Notes under the pieces: model-generated
The model's database searches: none
Told to the model about the DNA's origin: nothing
The model's input: only the letters and a program-made list of their open reading frames with translations
DNA from: Synechococcus elongatus PCC 6301
GTDB lineage: Bacteria; Cyanobacteriota; Cyanobacteriia; Synechococcales; Synechococcaceae
DNA length: 32,000 bases
Assembly: GCF_000010065.1 (NCBI RefSeq)
Contig: NC_006576.1
Location: 240,001 to 272,000 of the forward strand
Direction: 5' to 3'
Shown: in pieces, positions 1 through 8,084 of the stretch
How the letters are laid out: each line of letters opens with the position of its first letter
How positions within the stretch are numbered: the stretch's first letter is position 1
Made by a program: the position numbers and the translations under genes

Positions 1-1
1 T

Positions 2-781
2 GCCCTGCGCTGTGCTGGGTTCAATCAGGTCGATTTAAGCGCCGCTGAACGCTTGGGCCTCAGGGTAGTGCGTGTACCGGCCTACTCGCCCCACGCCGTT
101 GCAGAACATGCGATCGCGTTGATCCTGACGCTCAATCGCAAAATCCATCGCGCCTACGCCCGCACCCGCGAAGGCAACTTTGCCCTGGATGGTTTGGTGG
201 GCTTTGACCTGAATGGTTGCACCGTTGGCATCATTGGCACGGGACGAATTGGGGCTGTGCTGACGCAAATTCTGCGCGGCTTTGGCTGTCATGTTCTCGC
301 CCATGACTTGGTGGAAAATCCCGACTGTCTGGCAGCGGGGGCTGTCTACACCGACCTTGATCAGCTCTGGCAAGAGGCTCAAATCATCAGCCTGCACTGC
401 CCGCTTACACCCCAGACCTATCACCTAGTCAATCGTGAGGCGATCGCCAAAATGCAGCCCGGCACAATGCTGATCAACACCAGTCGTGGCGGTTTAGTCG
501 ATACCCAAGCGGTGATTGAAGGCCTAAAACTCAAGCGGATCGGGGCGCTGGGCCTAGATGTCTACGAACAAGAAGAACCGCTATTTTTCCAAGACCACTC
601 GACAGAAATCATTCACGATGACGTCTTTCAGCGCTTGTTAACCTTCCCCAATGTCGTGATCACGGGTCATCAAGCCTTTTTGACGGATACGGCTCTCCAC
701 AACATTGCCGAAACCACTCTCAGCAATCTGACCGATTTAGAGCAGGGTCGAGCCTGTCCCAATCAGCTGTTCGCTGGGTGA
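2..781 (+). CDS. ldhA: D-lactate / D-isomer-specific 2-hydroxyacid dehydrogenase (5' end outside window)
   Basis: The reading frame is open to the left edge (frame of nt 2). The track ORF 53..781 begins at an internal TTG. The translation ...[42 protein letters not shown]...GIIGTGRIG (NAD GxGxxG) closely resembles E. coli LdhA-type dehydrogenases. Confidence 0.85.
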   Translation, partial: ALRCAGFNQVDLSAAERLGLRVVRVPAYSPHAVAEHAIALILTLNRKIHRAYARTREGNFALDGLVGFDLNGCTVGIIGTGRIGAVLTQILRGFGCHVLAHDLVENPDCLAAGAVYTDLDQLWQEAQIISLHCPLTPQTYHLVNREAIAKMQPGTMLINTSRGGLVDTQAVIEGLKLKRIGALGLDVYEQEEPLFFQDHSTEIIHDDVFQRLLTFPNVVITGHQAFLTDTALHNIAETTLSNLTDLEQGRACPNQLFAG

Positions 782-787
782 CGCTAC

Positions 788-819
788 TAAAAAGCTGCCT
801 TGCGGAAACCGAAGGCAGC
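788..819 (-). terminator. Rho-independent terminator of the ndhAIGE operon
   Basis: There is a perfect 8-bp stem, gctgcctt (794-801) / aaggcagc (812-819), with a 10-nt loop. On the minus strand it is followed directly by a TTTTT run (plus-strand aaaaa 789-793). It lies 56 nt downstream of the ndhE stop. Confidence 0.7.
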
Positions 820-874
820 CATTGCTTGCAAGATTCAAGATTTAGTCAAGCTCAGACGCAGATAGGGCGATCGC

Positions 875-1186
875 CTACCATTTCAAAAGATTGAACTGTT
901 CCATATCCACCGTGTTGCGGTTGCGGTAAATCGCTAGCAAGATCGCGAGACCAACCGCCGCTTCTGCCGCTGCTACCGTAATCACAAAAACCGTAAAGAC
1001 TTGGCCGCGAATCAATGTGCCATCCAGATAGTTGGAGAAGGCCATCAGGTTGAGGTTGACGGCATTCAGCATCAATTCGATCGACATCAAGACGCGAACG
1101 GCGTTGCGGCTGGTCACCAACCCATAGACACCAATACAGAACAGGGCGGCAGCCAAGACCAAAAAGTACTCGAGAGGTACAGTCAT
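875..1186 (-). CDS. ndhE: NAD(P)H-quinone oxidoreductase subunit 4L (NDH-1 NdhE/NuoK)
   Basis: This is a 103-aa, three-helix membrane protein with ...[18 protein letters not shown]...[17 protein letters not shown], typical of NuoK. It is last in the canonical ndhA-I-G-E order. Confidence 0.93.
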   Translation of the reverse strand: MTVPLEYFLVLAAALFCIGVYGLVTSRNAVRVLMSIELMLNAVNLNLMAFSNYLDGTLIRGQVFTVFVITVAAAEAAVGLAILLAIYRNRNTVDMEQFNLLKW

Positions 1187-1204
1187 GGGATTGTTCCTTA
1201 TCGC

Positions 1205-1810
1205 TTATTTCTTGCCAGCACCTGTCAGCAACTCTTCCCGCGATCGCTCGGGTAGCTGCAAATCTGCGGCCGCACCCGTGATCAGGTCTTCAGGTTCGAA
1301 GTCGCGGCGGGCCAAGACGATCGCCCCAATCATCGCCATCAACAGCAACACCGAAGCCAACTCAAAGGGCAGCAGGTAGTCGCTGAAGAAGTGTTCACCG
1401 ATCAGGTAAATCGCTTCATCGCCACTGGCACCAGGGGTTGGCGTCACCGCCCAAGGGGTCGAAATTACAGTCAGGCTCAGGAGGGCAAAGAGACCGCCAC
1501 AAACCAGAACCGTCAGCCCTTTGCGCAGCCAATTAAACTTGAGTGGTCGGAAGTCTTCCCGTTTGTTGACCAACATGATCGCAAACAGGATTAAGACGTT
1601 GACAGCGCCAACATAAATCAGCACTTGGGCAAAGGCCACAAAGCTGGCATTCAGCAGCAGGTAGAGACCAGCGATGCTGATGAATGCGCCTCCCAGCAAA
1701 AAGGCCGAGTAGACAATGTTGCTGCTGAGTACAACACCTAGGGCTGCCAAAACCACCCCAGCCGTCAGGATGATGAATGTAACTAGTTGAACGCCTTCGG
1801 CAAGAGTCAC
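1205..1810 (-). CDS. ndhG: NAD(P)H-quinone oxidoreductase subunit 6 (NdhG/NuoJ)
   Basis: This 201-aa polytopic membrane protein carries ...SAFLLGGAFISIAGLYLLLNASFVAFAQVLIYVGAVNVLILFAIMLVN, a NuoJ hallmark. Its GTG start lies 3 nt after the ndhI stop. Confidence 0.92.
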   Translation of the reverse strand: MTLAEGVQLVTFIILTAGVVLAALGVVLSSNIVYSAFLLGGAFISIAGLYLLLNASFVAFAQVLIYVGAVNVLILFAIMLVNKREDFRPLKFNWLRKGLTVLVCGGLFALLSLTVISTPWAVTPTPGASGDEAIYLIGEHFFSDYLLPFELASVLLLMAMIGAIVLARRDFEPEDLITGAAADLQLPERSREELLTGAGKK

Positions 1811-1813
1811 GGT

Positions 1814-2422
1814 CTAGTTCTCCTCGTTAGCGGCAGCAGCCTGCTTGTACTGATCGACGAGTTCTTCGGGACGCTGGCCCGCCCGGGGGCGATCGCTCGG
1901 CACCACGTGGGGGTCATACTCGCCTTTGGGCAAGTAAGCGAACTCTCGGAAGGGCGTCACCATTGGATCATCGGTCACTTTGTAGGGCAGACGACCGAGG
2001 GCAACATTGTCGTAGTTCAGCTCGTGGCGATCGTAGGTTGCCAGCTCATATTCTTCCGTCATCGACAGGCAGTTGGTCGGGCAGTACTCGACGCAGTTGC
2101 CGCAGAAAATACAAGCCCCAAAGTCGATGCTGTAGTTCTTGAGGTCTTTCTTCTTGGTCTCTTTGTTGTAGACCCAGTCCACTACCGGCAGGTTGATCGG
2201 GCAGACTCGAACGCAGACTTCGCAGGCGATGCACTTGTCGAATTCGTAGTGAATGCGGCCGCGGTAGCGCTCCGACGGAATCAGCTTTTCGTAGGGATAC
2301 TGCACCGTGACTGGACGCCGCTGCATGTGGTCAAAGGTAACCCCCAAACCTTGGCCGATCGCTTTAGCAGCTTGGAGACTTTCCTTGGCGTAGTCTCCGA
2401 CTTGCTTCAGAAATTTCAGCAT
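1814..2422 (-). CDS. ndhI: NAD(P)H-quinone oxidoreductase subunit I (NdhI/NuoI, 2x[4Fe-4S])
   Basis: The 202-aa product has two ferredoxin-type cluster motifs, [12 protein letters not shown] and [12 protein letters not shown]. It sits between ndhA and ndhG. Confidence 0.95.
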   Translation of the reverse strand: MLKFLKQVGDYAKESLQAAKAIGQGLGVTFDHMQRRPVTVQYPYEKLIPSERYRGRIHYEFDKCIACEVCVRVCPINLPVVDWVYNKETKKKDLKNYSIDFGACIFCGNCVEYCPTNCLSMTEEYELATYDRHELNYDNVALGRLPYKVTDDPMVTPFREFAYLPKGEYDPHVVPSDRPRAGQRPEELVDQYKQAAAANEEN

Positions 2423-2464
2423 GATCGTGTTCCTTCAGAACTCTCAAGAAAAGACCGAGACGGA

Positions 2465-3583
2465 CTAGCCCCCAAAGGCCACGGGGAAGGTCAGTTTCAG
2501 CGCCGCCGTCACCAGCAAGTTGACCAATGAGATCGGCAATAGGAACTTCCAGCCCAAGTCCAGCAGTTGGTCAATCCGCACCCGGGGCACCGTCCAGCGC
2601 AGCAGAATCGCCGTGAACACCAGCAGATAAGCCTTGAGGACCGTCATCGTGATCCCCAGCGCTGCCGTTGTGATCTGCAGAATCGGGTTGGCAGGGTCAA
2701 CACCGATCCAGTCAGCAACGCGATCGAGGGGAATCGGGAACTCCCAGCCACCCAAGTAGAGGATGGAAACGAGCAGGGCAGAGAGAATCAGGTTGACGTA
2801 GGAACCAACATAGAAGAGAGCGAACTTCATGCCGGCATATTCGGTTTGATAGCCCGCGACCAACTCTTCTTCTGCTTCCGGCAAGTCAAAGGGCAACCGC
2901 TCACATTCGGCCAGCGCTGCAATCCAGAAGATGATGAACCCCACCGGCTGTCGCCAGATGTTCCACCCCAAAATGCCGTAGCCCGACTGCTGGTCAACGA
3001 TGTCGATCGTGCTCAGCGAGTTGGACATCATCACCACTGCCAGCACCGCCAGTGCTAGGGGAATCTCGTAGCTAATTGACTGCGCCGCAGCCCGCAAGCC
3101 ACCGAGGAGCGAATACTTGTTGTTCGAGGCGTAGCCCGACATCAACAGGCCAATCGGCTGGATGCTGGAGAGGGCAATCCAAAGGAAAACGCCAGCACCA
3201 ACATTGGTAATAATCAGTTCTTGCCCAAAGGGAACGATCAGATAGGACAAGAAGACAGGGATGACGACCAGCGCTGGGCCGATCGTGAACAAGAAGGCAT
3301 CCGCCTTAGCGGGGATGATGTCTTCTTTCAGAATTAATTTCAGACCGTCGGCAGCTGATTGCAGAACCCCCAGCGGGCCTGCATACTCAGGGCCAATCCG
3401 TTGCTGCACCGCCGCTGAAATTTTACGCTCCAGCCACACGGTCACGAGGACCCCTACCGTTGCCGCGATGATCATCAGCAGCATCGGCAAGGGCATCCAG
3501 AGAACCTTCGAGAGGCCTGGCGAGAGCCCTAAAGACTCAAGCGATTGAATGAATGTGCCTTGGAGGTCGATCCCTCTGTCCAT
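2465..3583 (-). CDS. ndhA: NAD(P)H-quinone oxidoreductase subunit 1 (NdhA/NuoH)
   Basis: The track ORF extends to 3607. The ATG at 3583 ([11 protein letters not shown]...) gives the 372-aa length typical of NdhA. The sequence ...[27 protein letters not shown]...[25 protein letters not shown] is characteristic of NuoH. Confidence 0.93.
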   Translation of the reverse strand: MDRGIDLQGTFIQSLESLGLSPGLSKVLWMPLPMLLMIIAATVGVLVTVWLERKISAAVQQRIGPEYAGPLGVLQSAADGLKLILKEDIIPAKADAFLFTIGPALVVIPVFLSYLIVPFGQELIITNVGAGVFLWIALSSIQPIGLLMSGYASNNKYSLLGGLRAAAQSISYEIPLALAVLAVVMMSNSLSTIDIVDQQSGYGILGWNIWRQPVGFIIFWIAALAECERLPFDLPEAEEELVAGYQTEYAGMKFALFYVGSYVNLILSALLVSILYLGGWEFPIPLDRVADWIGVDPANPILQITTAALGITMTVLKAYLLVFTAILLRWTVPRVRIDQLLDLGWKFLLPISLVNLLVTAALKLTFPVAFGG

Positions 3584-3797
3584 GGCTACTCCACTGCTGC
3601 CGATCATGGGTCACGAGTTGCTGTCAATCGCCGCTTTTGCAGGGAAAAACAGGCTTTTATGACTGTTGCTCAGTATATCGGTAGGCCGATCGCCCTCCCT
3701 GCAAAACTGAGCACTTTTGCTTAATTCCAAGATTGGAAGTTGCTATCCAGAAGATTCAAAAAACTGTTCATTCAAGCTGGGACGGTGCGATCAGACC

Positions 3798-4889
3798 TCA
3801 CTCGAAGTAGTCGAAGGCCTTGTACCCCGCTTGTTTGATCAGAGCATCGCGCTCCGCCAGATGCAAATCTTCGCGCATCATCTCGCTCACCAACTGTTCA
3901 AAACTGATGCGCGGCTCCCAGCCCAGCTGCCGCTTCGCCTTCGAGGGATCGCCCAGCAATGTTTCTACTTCAGTCGGACGGAAGTAACGGGGATCAATCG
4001 CCACGATCGCTTGTCCCGTGGCTGGGTTGATGCCCTTTTCCTCCACACCACTGCCCGACCACGCAATTGTCAGACCCACTTCCGCCGCCGCAATTTCCAC
4101 AAACTGACGCACGGAGAACTGTACGCCGGTGGCAATTACGTAGTCATCCGGTTGCTCCTGTTGCAGCATCAGCCACTGCATCTCGACATAGTCGCGGGCG
4201 TGACCCCAGTCCCGTTTGGCATCCAAGTTGCCGAGGTAGAGGCAGTCCTGCAGCCCCAGCTTGATCCGAGCAAGAGCACGGGTAATTTTGCGGGTGACAA
4301 AGGTTTCACCCCTCAGCGGTGACTCATGGTTGAAGAGAATGCCATTGCAGGCATAGATGCCGTAAGCTTCGCGGTAATTAACTGTGATCCAATAGGCGTA
4401 GAGCTTAGCAACAGCGTAGGGGCTGCGCGGGTAGAAAGGGGTCGTCTCAGTTTGGGGAATTTCTTGGACGAGGCCGTACAGCTCAGAGGTCGAGGCTTGG
4501 TAGAACCGTGTCTGCTGCTCTAGTCCGAGGATCCGAATCGCTTCGAGGATGCGCAGGGTGCCCAAGCCATCGGTGTTGGCAGTGTACTCAGGACTGTCAA
4601 AGGAGACTTGAACGTGGCTCTGGGCCCCGAGGTTGTAGATTTCGTGGGGCTGAATCTGCTGGACAATTCGAATGAGGTTGGTGGAATCGGTGAGATCGCC
4701 GCAGTGCAGAATAAAGCGCCGATCGTCGACATGGGGATCTTCGTAAAGATGATCAATGCGATCGGTGTTAAACAGTGAAGCGCGGCGTTTGATGCCGTGA
4801 ACTTCGTAGCCTTTGTCGAGAAGAAACTCTGCCAGATAAGCCCCATCTTGGCCAGTCACTCCGGTAATCAGGGCGCGCTTACGGGTCAT
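3798..4889 (-). CDS. gmd: GDP-mannose 4,6-dehydratase
   Basis: The 363-aa product has an N-terminal Rossmann motif [17 protein letters not shown] and a catalytic YxxxK (YAVAKLY). Overall it resembles bacterial and eukaryotic Gmd. Confidence 0.9.
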   Translation of the reverse strand: MTRKRALITGVTGQDGAYLAEFLLDKGYEVHGIKRRASLFNTDRIDHLYEDPHVDDRRFILHCGDLTDSTNLIRIVQQIQPHEIYNLGAQSHVQVSFDSPEYTANTDGLGTLRILEAIRILGLEQQTRFYQASTSELYGLVQEIPQTETTPFYPRSPYAVAKLYAYWITVNYREAYGIYACNGILFNHESPLRGETFVTRKITRALARIKLGLQDCLYLGNLDAKRDWGHARDYVEMQWLMLQQEQPDDYVIATGVQFSVRQFVEIAAAEVGLTIAWSGSGVEEKGINPATGQAIVAIDPRYFRPTEVETLLGDPSKAKRQLGWEPRISFEQLVSEMMREDLHLAERDALIKQAGYKAFDYFE

Positions 4890-4958
4890 GGCAGAGCAAG
4901 GAAGGGAGAGACGGCTCGCTGTAATTTAGCAGCGATCGCGACGCTCTTCCTCAAACCT

Positions 4959-6044
4959 TCAGGGCAGTTCCACCCCAGAAGCGATGGGATCCTCGGTTGC
5001 TGCTGTCACAACCATTGGGGCAAACCCAGTTTTTAACCAATCACTCATTAGACTGGCGAGGGGTACGGCGACAAACAGGCCGAGAATGCCAAAAATTTTG
5101 AGCCCGAGCAGGACTGACAGCAAAATCCAAACGGGATTGAGGCCGATGATCTGACCCATCAAGCGTGGCTCGATCAGGTTGTCGTTGATCTGGCCCAGAA
5201 GGAACACTGTGATGAATAACTTGGCGGCGATCGCGGGATCCTGAAACAGTAAGACCCCGCAGAGGCTGATCACTAAGAGGATGTCGAGGAAGGGAATCAA
5301 GCTGCCGAGGCCGAGCACCAACCCCAACAGCAAAGCGAAGGGTATCTTGAGCAGGCTGAGGGCAACCAGCAGCAGCACGCTATAGAGACTGGCAATAATC
5401 AGCTCGCCGCCCAGAAAAGCCTGAAACTTTTGGCGGAGACCAATCGCAAGGCGATCGCGCCAAATCGCAGGCAAGCGTTGCAGCACTGTGCCGCTCACTT
5501 CTTCGCCATACATCAGTAGAAAGAGGGTGAGTACGACGGTGATCAGAAAGTTCAGTGCCCCGTCAAAAAATTCGAGGGTGAGGCTCAGAAGTTGGGTACT
5601 GAGGGTTTCCACCAGATCTGTCACTTCTGTCACCACCCGCTGAAACAGACTGACCCAATCCAGCGGCAGGTTGAAGGATAGGGTCCAAGCTTCGAATTGC
5701 AGCACCTCCAGTTTGGCGGTGTCGTACCAATGGGGTAGCGCCCGAGTCAGAACATTGACTTCGACTAATAGCGGCGGCAAGAGCCAAGTTGCGAGGGCGA
5801 TAATCAGCGCAATGCCTCCGCCCAAGACTGTCAACAGAGCGAGCGATCGCGGCAGGCCTCGTTGCACGAGCCAGCGCACGGGGAGATCCAGAATGAACGC
5901 CATCAGGGCAGCCACCAGAACCATATTGGTCAGGGGCTGCAGCCAGTCCAGCAGTAGTTGCAAAAGCCAGAAATTCAGGGCAAGCAATGGTGCGAGAAGC
6001 AACCACCGAATCACCGCTGGCCAAGTACGCCAATCCGCGAGCAT
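4959..6044 (-). CDS. AI-2E family transporter / PerM-like permease (UPF0118)
   Basis: This is a 361-aa, highly hydrophobic polytopic protein of about 8 helices. Its C-terminal region ...GLNPVWILLSVLLGLKIFGILGLFVAVPLAS is typical of the AI-2E/PerM family. Confidence 0.75.
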   Translation of the reverse strand: MLADWRTWPAVIRWLLLAPLLALNFWLLQLLLDWLQPLTNMVLVAALMAFILDLPVRWLVQRGLPRSLALLTVLGGGIALIIALATWLLPPLLVEVNVLTRALPHWYDTAKLEVLQFEAWTLSFNLPLDWVSLFQRVVTEVTDLVETLSTQLLSLTLEFFDGALNFLITVVLTLFLLMYGEEVSGTVLQRLPAIWRDRLAIGLRQKFQAFLGGELIIASLYSVLLLVALSLLKIPFALLLGLVLGLGSLIPFLDILLVISLCGVLLFQDPAIAAKLFITVFLLGQINDNLIEPRLMGQIIGLNPVWILLSVLLGLKIFGILGLFVAVPLASLMSDWLKTGFAPMVVTAATEDPIASGVELP

Positions 6045-6160
6045 GCCAGTTCAGGAAACAATGGGCCGATTTTAGCGATCGCTTGGCACGACTTTACTAG
6101 GGCCTTCCGCCGAATCGCGATCGCTTCGTTAAGATTGAGCAAGCCACTGATACTAGACCT

Positions 6161-6739
6161 ATGACCGCTGCTGTCGCCATTCGGGTTGCCAAAAAGAAAC
6201 TGGCGAAGCCTCCTCTCGATCTCCACTACCTCGGCGATCGGGTGCTGCGACAGCCCGCCAAACGGGTCAGCCGGATTGACGATGAATTGCGGCAAACGAT
6301 TCGGCAGATGTTGCAAACCATGTACAGCGCTGATGGCATTGGTTTGGCAGCCCCCCAAGTGGGCATCAATAAGCAATTGATTGTGATTGACCTCGAACTC
6401 GAGGATGAACAAGCACCACCCCTCGTCTTGATCAATCCCAAAATTGAACGCACTGCTGGTGATCTGGAGCAATGCCAAGAAGGCTGTCTGAGCATCCCCG
6501 GCGTCTATCTGGATGTAGAACGACCCGAGATCGTTGAAGTCTCCTACAAGGATGAGAACGGCCGGCCGCAGCGACTCGTTGCCGATGGTCTCCTTGCTCG
6601 CTGCATTCAGCACGAGATGGATCACCTCAACGGTGTGCTCTTTGTCGATCGCGTTGAAAATCGCCTTGAGCTGAACGAAGCCCTCGACAAAAAAGGCTTT
6701 GCAGTCCAAGCGGTTCGCCCTGTCGCCGCTGCCAGCTAA
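6161..6739 (+). CDS. def: Peptide deformylase
   Basis: All three deformylase motifs are present: GIGLAAPQVG, EGCLSIPG and HEMDHLNG. The product is 192 aa. Confidence 0.95.
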   Translation: MTAAVAIRVAKKKLAKPPLDLHYLGDRVLRQPAKRVSRIDDELRQTIRQMLQTMYSADGIGLAAPQVGINKQLIVIDLELEDEQAPPLVLINPKIERTAGDLEQCQEGCLSIPGVYLDVERPEIVEVSYKDENGRPQRLVADGLLARCIQHEMDHLNGVLFVDRVENRLELNEALDKKGFAVQAVRPVAAAS

Positions 6740-6826
6740 GTCGACCCTGCATCGGGCACTAGGGCTAGATGTCTGGGGGCTAGCCTGCTATTCTGCAAGC
6801 GCAAATTCCTAGCGCGGCTGCGATCG

Positions 6827-7021
6827 ATGGTTGGTACTCCCAAAAGCTCTCTCTTTCTAGGGTTGTCCTGTATTGCCGCGATCGCGGCGGTTGGTTCTGT
6901 CTTTGAACTGACCTCGGGCACCCCTCAGCTCGGCACGTTAGTGACTGGTGGCATTCTGGGGCTCAGTATCCCAGTGGCAATCGGTTCCTTTCTGGCGGCT
7001 GTGCGTGCTGCTCAGTCTTAA
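6827..7021 (+). CDS. Small hypothetical membrane protein (64 aa, two predicted TM helices)
   Basis: This ATG ORF is on the same strand as def and 87 nt downstream of it. It has two Gly/Ala/Ile-rich hydrophobic segments. I recognise no family, and the coding call rests only on ORF length and hydrophobicity. Confidence 0.45.
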   Translation: MVGTPKSSLFLGLSCIAAIAAVGSVFELTSGTPQLGTLVTGGILGLSIPVAIGSFLAAVRAAQS

Positions 7022-7154
7022 GCCAATCCCGCAGCGGACAGTTCTTCAACTGGTTGCGGAACTGACTTAAGTTTTCCCCGTCCCTGTGGCCATTGAATGG
7101 CAATTAATGCCTGAATTTCTCTGTCGTCCCGTGCTTGTGCAAATCGAGGCATCC

Positions 7155-7937
7155 ATGCGAATCCCCTTCTTTCTGCCCCTAGCGGCGCTGGCCGGTACCC
7201 TTCTGACGAGTTTGACCCCTCTTACGCCGCAGGCACGGGCGGCTCAGTTCGGGCAAGCTGAGGTCGATCAGAGTAAATTTGTCTTAGCTGCTTCACCGAT
7301 CGGCAACGGTAGTCGCCATCAGTTACTGATCATTGAACAGGTCAAAAGCACCCGTCCTTGCTGGGTGGAAGAGGCAGGTACCCCAACACGTATCAATCCG
7401 CTGTTGTTGACCTTCGACTTCTCTGGCATTTGCGATCGCAAGATCGACAGCAATGGCTACTCCCTGCGAATTGCTGGAGTAGATCTCGGTTTAAACTACC
7501 GCCTCAGCATTGTTCGCCGTAATGGCCAAATGGTGTTGGTTGGTCAAGCCTTTCGCAGTGGTCCTGAGCTGGTGATTGCGACGGCCAATGGGGAATCTGC
7601 CGGCTTTACTAAGCTGGAACTGCAACCGGGCTGGCGCTTGGGTCGTCGGACTTTTGATGGCAAAGCCTTGGGTCATATCTATTTAGTGACCGATCAGATC
7701 CCGCCCGGCATGGCCCTACAAGGTGCTCAGACCAGTCCGAGTGCTGCGGTGGTTCCTCCAGCTAACGTGACCACACCGGTTAAACCAGCCCCTGCACCTG
7801 CTTCATTGCAACAACCAGTGCCTCCCCGGCCGCTCCCTAGTGCAAGTCAAGCCCCTGCCCCCACGCTCCGGCCTCTGACTCCCCCGCGGCTAACCCCGCT
7901 GCGTCCCTTGCGCCCGTTGACCCCAACCCAGCCGTAA
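7155..7937 (+). CDS. Secreted DUF3747-like protein with proline-rich C-terminal tail
   Basis: The track ORF starts at GTG 7086. The ATG at 7155 gives a classical signal peptide, MRIPFFLPLAALAGTLLTSLTPLTPQARA|AQ. The core ...RPCWVEEAGTPTRINPLLLTFDFSGICDRKIDSNGYSLRIAG... resembles the cyanobacterial DUF3747 family. The last ~75 aa are Pro-rich (LRPLTPPRLTPLRPLRPLTP). Confidence 0.7.
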   Translation: MRIPFFLPLAALAGTLLTSLTPLTPQARAAQFGQAEVDQSKFVLAASPIGNGSRHQLLIIEQVKSTRPCWVEEAGTPTRINPLLLTFDFSGICDRKIDSNGYSLRIAGVDLGLNYRLSIVRRNGQMVLVGQAFRSGPELVIATANGESAGFTKLELQPGWRLGRRTFDGKALGHIYLVTDQIPPGMALQGAQTSPSAAVVPPANVTTPVKPAPAPASLQQPVPPRPLPSASQAPAPTLRPLTPPRLTPLRPLRPLTPTQP

Positions 7938-7988
7938 CTGACTCAGGTTGAGCTGATCTGCGATCGCCCTGCAACCCATCCTGCTTTC

Positions 7989-8034
7989 AACCGTTCAAGC
8001 CCAAGCGATCGGGCTTGAACGGTTACTCTTTTTC
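7989..8034 (+). terminator. Rho-independent terminator after the DUF3747 gene
   Basis: There is a perfect 14-bp stem, aaccgttcaagccc (7989-8002) / gggcttgaacggtt (8011-8024). The 8-nt loop aagcgatc is a HIP1-like core. The stem is followed by actcttttt. On the minus strand the same hairpin lacks a U-tract. Confidence 0.8.
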
Positions 8035-8084
8035 AGCAGGTTGACGGACAACTTCCATTCGGTTCCAGCAGGCTACTTTCCAAC

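Noticed and set aside
1285-1305. A tRNA T-arm-like string ggttcgaag here, and ggttcgagt near 20330.
   Set aside because: Both lie inside well-supported coding sequences (ndhG and mfd) and have no surrounding cloverleaf complementarity. No tRNA, rRNA or tmRNA gene is evident in the window.
1787-2530. A 247-aa plus-strand ORF, plus similar long ORFs at 3717..4322(+), 6011..6709(-), 15475..16398(+), 20449..21009(+), 26388..26855(-) and 29346..29816(-).
   Set aside because: All lie antisense to, or in an alternative frame of, genes with unmistakable conserved motifs (ndhI, gmd, def, pabB/queC, mfd, the helicase). Their translations are Arg/Gly/Pro-rich and low in complexity, as expected for spurious open frames in GC-rich DNA.
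3584-3607. N-terminal extensions in the ORF track for ndhA (to 3607), queC (to 16794), the DUF3747 gene (from 7086), the CHAD gene (from 30453) and pyrR (to 31981).
   Set aside because: Internal ATG starts give family-typical lengths and N-termini ([22 protein letters not shown], a signal peptide, an SD-preceded [12 protein letters not shown]). The extensions begin at TTG or GTG, or would overlap the upstream gene.
7022-7100. A terminator-like nested stem (ccgca...tgcgg with inner cagtt/aactg) after the 64-aa ORF.
   Set aside because: The stems are only 5 bp with bulges, and the T-run lies about 12 nt away. That is too weak to call.
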